Shown here: one piece after another, positions 54,101 through 64,000 of the stretch
How positions within the stretch are numbered: position 1 is the stretch's first letter
Layout of the letters: every line of letters begins with the position of its first letter
From: the human T2T-CHM13v2.0 reference genome, Homo sapiens
NCBI RefSeq assembly: GCF_009914755.1
Contig: NC_060933.1
Reading direction: 5' to 3' (one strand)
DNA length: 64,000 bases
Notes under the pieces: generated by a model
Databases searched by the model: none
What the model was told of the DNA's origin: nothing
What the model saw: the letters and a program-made list of their open reading frames with translations, nothing else
Program-made: the position numbers and the translations under genes

Positions 54101-57100
54101 AAGAGTCAATATAATCAGCAATGAGAAGTCTCCCTTTAATGACAGCTATGGGGAACCTGAATGAAGTAGTATATACGTACAAGTGATTGGCTAGGACCAT
54201 ACCATAGACTGCTCCCATAAGTATTTCCTACCACAATTGACATTCTCCAGATTCAGCCAAAAAAAAAAAAAAAAAAAAGAAAGAAAAAAAGAAAAGAATT
54301 CTTCATCCGTGGTCAAACTACCTGCTTACATTGTCCATGAAAAAAACTCTTCTGGTTACATTACCTAATGGTCATTTATAAGCTGACTTCCATTCTTTAG
54401 TGTACCAGTTGAAAGAAAAAAAAAATCACCTCCAACAGCTTTTTATATTTTAAGTTCCAAGACACAGCAATGCTCTCAAATTTCAGTTTCTCAAGTCTCA
54501 AGCTTAGAGAAAAATAAGCTAGGGGAACAAAAGCCTGCCAAAAACCCAGGCTGGCTATTAAAATGTTACAACCAACCGCCATGAGTTTGAGACTATAGAT
54601 GGTATCCAAATTAACAGAAATGTCCTGGACAGAAGCCTTCAGATCACCATGGAACAGGCTTTGATGCCCTTTGTCTAATTCTGTGGAGACCCAATCTTCA
54701 AGCAGAATATTTTTGGCCCATCAAATAAAGGCCTTTCCCAGGAAGCCAAAGGGCTTGGAGACATCACTCTGATTCTCAGCCCATTCTTAAGTAACTCAAC
54801 ACACTGGATCTAACCCCTAGCTTTAGAGTACACCAAAAGACGTTGCATGGAGGGTTTTTTTGTTTTGTTTTGTTTTGTTTTGTTTCCTGTTTTGATCTCA
54901 CAGACCAGTTGTATTTTTTTCCTCCTTTCATTACCGAAGTAACTCCTTCCATGTGCCAACTTTGAATAATCCTCAAACAGTAATTTCATTACAGAAACAA
55001 TCTTAGTTGACCAGGCTGTAATGACTTTGGATGTTTCATCTTTATCTGGCTTTTTTCTTTTGCAGCTTCACTGACATGATGAGAGCTCCCCAAAAAGGGC
55101 AGGCTTCTGCCTCAACTCTCAGGCACATCAATAACAAGAACAATCTACACTTACAGTCACAAGCTGATTGAGCCCCCATATCTTCCCTGGCAAATCGTCT
55201 AAGAGCTCCATCCTTGAGAACTTGCCCTGGAACTCGCAGCATGGCATCAGCAGTTGGAACTAAGACCTGAAAAATCTTTACTAGGCCTCTAAGCCACCTG
55301 CCTCCCACAGTGCAGCGGAATGGGAAGAAAATCTCAAAGTGGCTCCCTATCTACAGTCTATATCTGTTCTTTCTTTGAAGGTGTGGCCTAGGGGTCTCAA
55401 ATGGAAAAGCAGGATAAAATAATCATCAAGCAGTGGGTGTGGAGCCCTTTCCCGAGAGTGTTTTACGCTGCCTACGCATTAAACCTGTTCTTGTTGATGC
55501 AGTAATCAATGTATTTGGATTGAATAACACTTCCCCAGTTTGGCTGCCTAGCCGATTAATGTCTTTGCTTTCACCTTTATAATTGGCACATTTAAAAGAA
55601 GATTTTAAAAGTTGCTATTGATGTGGCAGTGAGGAGAAGGCACTGAGCCTGCGTGTGCAGGAGGAACAAAGACTCAAACTACAGGGAGTTGCAAGATGAA
55701 CCACGAGATGGGATTTGCATATTGCAGACTTGTCAACCAAGGGACTTATCAAGCAGCCCTAAGGATATACCACCAGGGCAGTACTGACATAGAAAATTAG
55801 ATCCTCAGCCCAGAGGCAACACTAGAGAACAGTGATTTTAAATAGAAGTCACATTTAAAACCTTGTTATTAGGCACATACATATCGCATGACTCTGGAAA
55901 ACAGACAAAGAAATGTTAGCACCAACAGACTTCTTGGTGAGGTTTCTTTCATTGTCATTCCCAGTCCATCTCAGATGCACAAAGGAAAGGGCTCTTTCAT
56001 GTTTTTCCTTTTGTCTGAAAAATTAAGCATTTATATCATCTGCTCAGATTCACACAAAGACAAACACCGTAGATATTGCAAGGCTGTGCAAAATGTTCTG
56101 CCTGAAATGCCCATGTTGCAAATCAGGGAGCTTCGTGGGACTGGCAACCAAGACCCCAAACAAAGAGATTATCATGGTTAATGAATCACATCTTCAGTGA
56201 GGGAATTCCGTGGCAGCAAAATGTCACACTCCTAAAGTTCTTTATGAAAAGCTAACTGGTAATGGAAAGCTGTGGCTCCTTCGGTAATCCTAACCCATGA
56301 CTGACTTTCCACCAGAATGTTTCAACATTGCCTTCCACTCTCTCAGTTCCCTGGAAATGTATTTTGGAGGTAAATGTCTGCCATACACGACTACCAAGCC
56401 CTTAGTGAACAACTGCACAATTCAGAGTTTTCATGAATCTTCATGAGCTTTTCCTCCCACATGTATAATAACAATAAGGCTTTTTGAAGATGAGAGGAAG
56501 AAAAAAATGCACCATTTTTATTGAGCGTCTAGTATGCATGTGCTATGCCATGGGCCAGACGCTTACATAAAAGTTTCCTACATCGATTCTTTTTTCAAAA
56601 AAAGTCATGAATCATTAGAGTTATTTTACTAATAAAGAGGTAAGACTCAAAGAAGTTAAGCAATAATGCCCACAAGTAATGCTAGTTGGGGTTGGAGTCA
56701 GACTGATGTACCTACAAATCTCCGCATTCTCCCCACTCTATTCTGCTCTTCCAACAGTCTTAAAAGGCTTCCATTCTTAAGTACAGGGTCCTGTCTTATA
56801 CTTCATTTAATAAACACGTGTTGGGCTTCTACTCTGGGCTGGACGCTGTGTAGGATCTCAGCACACCAAGATGATTGGGATAGAGTCCTCGCTCTCAGGA
56901 AACTCGCCCAGTATTTGGCCAGATGGCCATGTAAACAAACAAATGCAATAGAATGAGATATAATAAAAGATACAAGTAAAGACAGAGACTGTAAATCTGG
57001 GATACTATACAGATGGGTGTCAAAGTATAAATAGGAGTTCAACGTGCAGAGTGGCTGCTTAGGGAAACAGAAATAATACTGGCTAAAGCCCAGAGGTGGA

Positions 57101-57280
57101 AAAACAGACAACGTGCTGTCGGAGGAAGCCATAAGAGAATAGCAAGAACTTCTTGCTGGTTAACTATGAGGTGAGAAGTCTGGATTAATCTTCAGTAAAG
57201 ACTATAGGAAAGCCTTGGGCTCTATGCTTTACTTGCCATATTGCTTTGTTTTCAGTAGGCACTCTATGAATATGGGCTTT

Positions 57281-57661
57281 TGCTGTGGTCTGAATGTTTG
57301 TATCCCTGCAAAATGCTTATGTTGAAACCCCACTCTCTAAGGTGATGGTATCAGGAAGTGGGTCCTTTGGGAGGCCACGAGGGCATTCTGCAAGGATTAA
57401 TGGGCAGAGCCCTCTTGAATGGGATTAATGCCCATATAGAAAGAGACTCCAGAAAGCTAGCTAGCTCCTTCCACCACGTGAGGACACACGGAGTGGGTGC
57501 TGTCCATCAGCCAGGAAGTAGGCTCTCACCAGACACTGCATTTGCTGGCACCTTGATATTCGATTTCCCAGCCTCCAAAACTGTAAGAAATACATTTCTG
57601 TTGTTTATAAGCCCCCTAGTCTGTGATATTTTTGGTATAGCAGCCTGAGAGGACTAAGGCA
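57281..57661 (+). mobile_element. MLT1A-type MaLR solo LTR with perfect 5-bp TSD GCTTT
   Basis: tgctgtggtctgaatgtttg ... ggactaaggca; TSD at 57276-57280 and 57662-57666. Confidence 0.88.
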
Positions 57662-57984
57662 GCTTTAAAATGACAATCAGAAAATGTAATTCCTCTGACT
57701 AGAATGCTCCACTGGCTTCCTACAGTACCCAAAAGAAACTCCAAATTCCTCTTTGCAGTTGCCCAGCAAGGCCCATGTGATCCAATCTCTGCCACATCTG
57801 TGACAAAATCCCTTCCCTCATCCTCACAAGCCCTGCAGCTACTCTTCCTAAAACGCATAAAGCCCTTCCCACCTCAGGGCCTTTCACATGCCATTCCCTG
57901 CCCCAACACTTCACCTCTGACTCTTCTCAGGAACATTTCTTCCCCTAGAGTCTCAACTTTATTATCGCTCCCTCCCAAATAGAG

Positions 57985-58633
57985 TATAGTGACTGTATTT
58001 GGAGACAGGGTCTTTCCAGAGGTAACCAAATTAAAATGAGGTCATTAGGGTGGATCCTAATCCAATATGTGTGGTCCCTTTATAGAAAGAGGAAATTTGG
58101 GCCGGGAGCCTTGGCTCAAGCCTGTAATCCCAGCACTTTGGGAGGCCGAGGCAGGCGGACCACCTGAGGTCAGGAGTTCAAGACCAGCCTGGCCAACATG
58201 GTGAAACCTCATCTCTACTGAAAATACAAAAATTAGCCAGGCATGGTGGTGTGCACCTGTAATCTCAGTTGCAGAAGAATTGCTTGAACCGAGGAGGCGG
58301 AGGTTGCAGTGAGCCGAGATGGAGCCACTGCACTCTAGCCTGGGCAACAGAGCAAGACTCCATCTAAAACAAAGAAAGAGGAAATTTGAACACAGAGACA
58401 CACACAGAGGGAAGATGACGTGAAATTACAGGGAGAACACTGTGTAAATATGAAGATGGCCATCTATAAGCTAAAGAGAGAAGAGCCTGGGGAGCAGATC
58501 CTCTTCTCACAGCCCTCAGAAGGATCCCACCCTGCTGACTTCCAATCTCCAGAACTGTGAGACAATAAATTTCTGTTACTTAAGGCACCCAGTTTGTGGT
58601 ACTTTGTTATGGCAGCCCTAGCAAACTAATTCA
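57985..58633 (+). mobile_element. MLT1B-type MaLR LTR (interrupted by Alu), itself inside an L2 (about 57665-58845)
   Basis: 'gtgactgtatttggaga...ttaaaatgaggtcattagggtgg' ... 'ccagaactgtgagacaataaatttctg...ggcagccctagcaaactaat'. Confidence 0.8.
58100..58372 (+). mobile_element. AluS-like SINE, short tail, about 15-bp internal deletion, 16-bp TSD AGAAAGAGGAAATTTG
   Basis: TSD at 58084-58099 and 58373-58388. Confidence 0.93.
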
Positions 58634-60152
58634 TCTGCCACATTTTCTATGTATTTCTTCTACAGCATTTGCCACCATCTGGAATTGTCTGGTTTATTTA
58701 TTACTTGTCTCTTACTATACCTATCCATTAGAATGCAGTCTCCATGCAGGCAGGGGTCTTCTCTTGCTTTGTTCATCATTCTTTGACACTCAGGATGATC
58801 CTGGCACATAGTGGGTCCACAGTATGTTGAATAAATTAATGAAAAGATTGTGTTTTGGTGGACCGATAATTGGTAATTATTTATTTTTCATGTACTCATA
58901 TGAACCTACACTTAGTCACAGGGCCTACCAACCCTGGGCAGATGAGAGAAAACTAGCACGTGGTGAATCAACAGAATTCACCAGTAGTGAGGTCAGCACT
59001 ACCCACTGGTGCCTTACAAAAATTTTGCTCTTTGCCCAAGTTTTTCATATGAACATAGTTTGAAAGATCCAGTTGTTTCTTTCAATGTCCTGATGTTTCG
59101 CCAAACCAAATTCAATTGATTGAAATATAGCCTGCTGATGCTTTTGTAAGGCTAAAGAAGTGGATGGCAACCTTCCACCCCTTTGCTGAATGGTGTAATT
59201 GGCCTGCCATAAAGAATTGGGGAATTTTAACACATTCCCCATTTGGCTGAGCTCACCAATTATTCCCCGGTTGCTATCAGAGCCACAGACTTTTCTTCTT
59301 TGGGGTCATTAAGCTTGTCAAAACTAATTTGTCACCACAACTGCTGAACCTCATTGCTCTGACAGCAGCACAAGGATCACCCTAAATAGGCCCTTGCATT
59401 ATAAGAAAGTAAATGGCTCATGAGAACCCGCTGTGCTCTTGCTGTTGCCTTAGAATGGTCTTCTGACCCCAGAAGATGTGGAAACAGTATCCCATAAGTA
59501 ACACAGGTCACAAAACCTTGTACTAATCATTTTGGTGTTATTAAAAATAAACAAACAAGTAGAATGAATAAATGCTTGGAATACAGGCTTGAATCTGATA
59601 TGTGACCAAAATATACTATTCTCCAGCTTTGACAAAATTCAAATATATTACATGTTCTCTCCATGCAACCATCTCATGGAAGTCAGGTGGAATTAAACAT
59701 GTCATAAATCATGGGTCTCTAGTAAGCCAGTCAGAATAACATTCGTTGAAAGTTTCTTGATTGTAAATGCAAAACTATTCCAAAATCAAGGTTGCCAACA
59801 TTCAATAGGAAGAAGGAAACTTGCTGTGAGGAAATAGCATCCCGTTTTGAAACAGTACTTTGTGGGCTCTCCCATATTGAGAATAGTTACACACCATTTG
59901 CTAGAGTTGGCAGGTTTAGTGAGTCTACACACAAGTCTCTGCACAATTAGACAAAGGTAAGAACATATCTATTAATTTCAAAAAGTTGAGGGGATCTTCG
60001 CTGACTACCAATCAAGCATCATGAGAAGTTGCATTAACTCTTTTCAGGCTAAAGGGTACCACTTAATACAAAAACCAATGAAACCTTCAAGAAAATTAGT
60101 TATGATCACAAAGTATCTTGACATAAACATGGAATATGAAAGTAGCATTACT

Positions 60153-60460
60153 GGCCCGGCATGGTGGCTCACACCTGTGATCCTAGCACTTTGGGAGGCC
60201 GAGGCAGGCGGATTGCTTGGGGTCAGGAGTTTGAAAACACCCTGGGCAAAATAGTGAGATCCTGTCTCTACAAAAAATAATAATAATAAAATTTAAAAAA
60301 TTAGTCAAGTGTGGTGGTGCACACCTGTAGTCCTAGCTACCTGGGAGGCTGAGGTAGGAGGATGGCTTGAGCCCAGGAGTTTGGGGCTGCCGTGAGCCAT
60401 GCTGGTGTCACTGCACTTCATCTTGGGGAACAGAGTGAGGCCTTGTTTCAAAAAAAAAGG
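60153..60460 (+). mobile_element. AluJ-like SINE
   Basis: 'gcttgagcccaggagtt', 'cctgggcaa' in the left arm. Confidence 0.9.
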
Positions 60461-63252
60461 AGAAGAAAGAAGAAAATAGCAGTATCAAAGAACTTTTGTT
60501 CTTTTCTTCCTAAAAAGATGCAACCCTAAATAGAACTGAGTTTAGAATAATTGGCTGCAACTAAGTTTTCTTGGTGGTAGTATAGATTAGACACAATGAC
60601 ACTTTCTTTAAATAATAAAGAGAGGCTAGAAATACCTGGTGCCCACACTCATGCCTCACTAGTTTCTTCCCCAGCAATCTTAATTTTCTCTTTTTAAAGG
60701 GGGTACCAGTTCCCTAATGAAAATTAACACTGTAAGTGTACATCTGGCAAAAGGATTAAATCTCTTGACAAAAAGCCAAGTCGTTGGTTGTTTACTTATA
60801 TTTATTCAAACAAATCTGTAGGCTCATAGTTTGTCACTGATGTCATGCCTTTGAGCAGTTTTTTGTTTGCTTTTTGTTTGAGAAGAGATTACAGGATGGG
60901 TTGAGGAGAGTAAATAGGGAGAAACAAGAGAAAGGGGGGAATGTGAAGTCCAGAATCTCATGGGAGTGACAGATTCAGCTGAGTGCTAATGATGTCATTT
61001 GGTCTTCACTCTAGCAAAAGGGATCCCCCACCCCGAAACCCTGCACTTTCAGGAGGAGTAAGCTAAAAACTTGGCAAATGGCATAGTAACGAAGTCCTGA
61101 ATTGGCAGCCAAGATCTGGATGTGAATTTTAAGTTGTTTTCTCCCCAAATGTCCAACAAGATCTGCTGTGATTTAAGGGGGGGGGGGGGAGAGAGATTTA
61201 TTGAGGTATAAAAAGCCACATTTCAGAGTTGCCAGTGCTAATCAATAACTGGAATTTGACAAAAGACCATGTTAGGCTCAATAACGAAAAGGACACACAT
61301 ATAAAGGCAAGTATAATTACATGGTATAAATAAGGGAGAGGTTGCCAAAGACTGCATGTTGCCAAGTGCCTCAAATATTCATGTTCTTTGAAAGACTTAT
61401 TTTTGTGTCTACGGAGGATGAATAAACCTCACTTAAAAAATAAGACTCTTCCCAAACCTTTGCTCATTTCTGGAACTGAACCCTTTTGCAGGTTCTGAAA
61501 TGTTTAACTTTGTTTTTCATTAATTCGACATGTTCACACATCCCCTGCACTTCTGGAGCTCTGAACAAAACTGGCAGTGAGAGTATGCTGGAATATTGAA
61601 GTGACGACTGCTCCCCCAGTATCACTGGCCCTGCTGGAGATGTGCCGCTTGTTCTCATAAGACATTAGGGCAAACTCTGCATCCTTCCGAAGTCTGAGTT
61701 ATCACAGGAAACTGAAAACTTTTGGTGCTTGGCCAAGTGGCTTCCCATCTCCCAACTGTTAGTGACTCAGCCAGAGTAAAAGTCAGCTCTGTGCACGGGG
61801 ACCATCCTCTAATGCAGAGACCAAATAAGAGGAAAATTAAGTGCTGAATGATAGAAGTTTCCTCTTTGACTCTCAAAGCAGGGAGGTCATTTAAAAGTTA
61901 ACTTCTGCTTTGTTCTTCAGCTTTAGAAATGCAGGTAAAGCACAGATTGGGTTCATTGCCAATCCAGATTGATAATCTTATCGTGAGGCTGAAGTGGCGT
62001 CAGGCCTCACCGAGACACCAAGGATGATGGTTCCTGGTACAGAAACTGTAAATAAGCCCTTCGGAGACAGTGCTGGCAAGGGCCTTCCACATCACTTGAG
62101 TCAGTTTCATGTTTCATTTCTGAATCTGATTGCCATGAAACTACAGTGAACCAGACACTATATTCCACCGGTTAAACTGGACACTTTTTCCAATCTGTGA
62201 TGGTGCACGCACTGCTTCATGCTGCCATGCATGTTCTGAGTAAACAACTGCGTCCCCGCACACTAACTGGTAGAAGTTCCTGGTAGCTAGAGGTATTTTC
62301 CAAACAGACACCGAGAGAGTGCTGGGCTGCAAAGTATCATTGCTGGCCCAAGCCATTAGCTTCAGGGAGAGGATGTATTATGTTTACCACAGATTGATGG
62401 GACTAATTTACAGAATCATCATAAATGCTATGTATCTCCTCAGTCTCTCACATAGCCTTTTGTAGACAGAAAGATAAATCTGAAGCTCGGAGCAAGCTCA
62501 TTTAATTTTCGCCTGACAGCTAGTAATAACAGAAGCATCTTATAAAAGTTATGTTTCAATGAAAAAAATCTATTACTGGGCGTACAAAACACACTTGCAT
62601 TAATTACATTCTCTTTGCACTGTATTTAACAAAAGGTCAAGACGTTACCCCCCCAAAAAGGAACAAATGAAGAGAATTCTACCTATCTGAAATTTTCTTT
62701 TCTAATTTTCCAGGAATTCAATCGCACACTCTGTCCTTTAATTAGTTACTACATTTAATTAAATCTGATGTTCTGAAGATGACTAGCCAGAAATATGATC
62801 AGACATATAACAAGGATCAATTATTCTCCAGCAGATGATATTTCTATATTTCTAAATTTGCCTGTGTCTAGAACATACCTTGCCTGTCATGCTGGAATAC
62901 TGGAAAAGAGTAAGACACAGGGACAGAATTTTTTCATATTTTGTCTTCAAAATTGGTATCAGGTGAAATGATTTATAATAGCAAAAGCCAATACCTTTTA
63001 TTTTCAGTGTTTCTGGGCAGTAGTAGGATATGAGTGTGAGGTAATGCTTTTTAAGGAAATTATGGTGCTCAAAAATTGTAAATAGTGAAGGTTATCTTAA
63101 AGAGAAAAGAAATGTTCCTGAACTAAGAAAATCTCCAGCAGGACATGGAGCTAAGGGTATTGTTGCCTGTTTGAAGTCAGATACAAATAACTCTATTCTA
63201 AACTTAGTTCCGTTAACTACCAATTGTGTGATCTTGGACATAAAAAAAATAG

Positions 63253-63819
<567 letters not shown>

Positions 63820-64000
63820 TAAAAGATTTGTAGGAAGGTTTAAACCTTCTAACCTCCTGACGAAACATGTGCATGGGGAAGGCCAGTGCAGCAGAAGGAG
63901 TGGAAGGCGCTGCTTCCAAACCTAGCTATGTTCCTAGTATTTGCAGCAGGCAGTGATCTCTCATTCAGCAAAGACAAGCTGCAGATGTACCAGGTGATGA

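Overview
This is human (or very closely related great-ape) genomic DNA, not microbial. It is AT-rich, CpG-depleted and full of Alu, L1, L2, MIR, MaLR and MER elements. The whole window lies inside the GLIS3 gene (GLI-similar Kruppel zinc-finger transcription factor), transcribed on the minus strand. Only two coding exons are present. 35291-35452 (162 nt) encodes the end of ZF3 and all of ZF4. 30623-30733 (111 nt) encodes ZF5 and a basic tail, and was missed by the ORF track. Both are phase 0/0 and sit between very long introns (at least 28.5 kb and at least 30.6 kb). Every other ORF in the track appears to be non-coding noise. I found no credible new gene system. The best leads are: a frame-preserving 273-nt circRNA/exon-skipping module; a hairpin-seeded 24-bp minisatellite just past the ZF5 exon; a pre-miRNA-sized hairpin inside an L2; a MIR broken by a twin-primed L1 plus a locally templated insertion; a candidate RFX X-box/ETS enhancer; and several young tandem duplications and insertions that may be polymorphic. 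Repeat family calls were made by eye from remembered consensus sequences, and boundaries of old elements are approximate.
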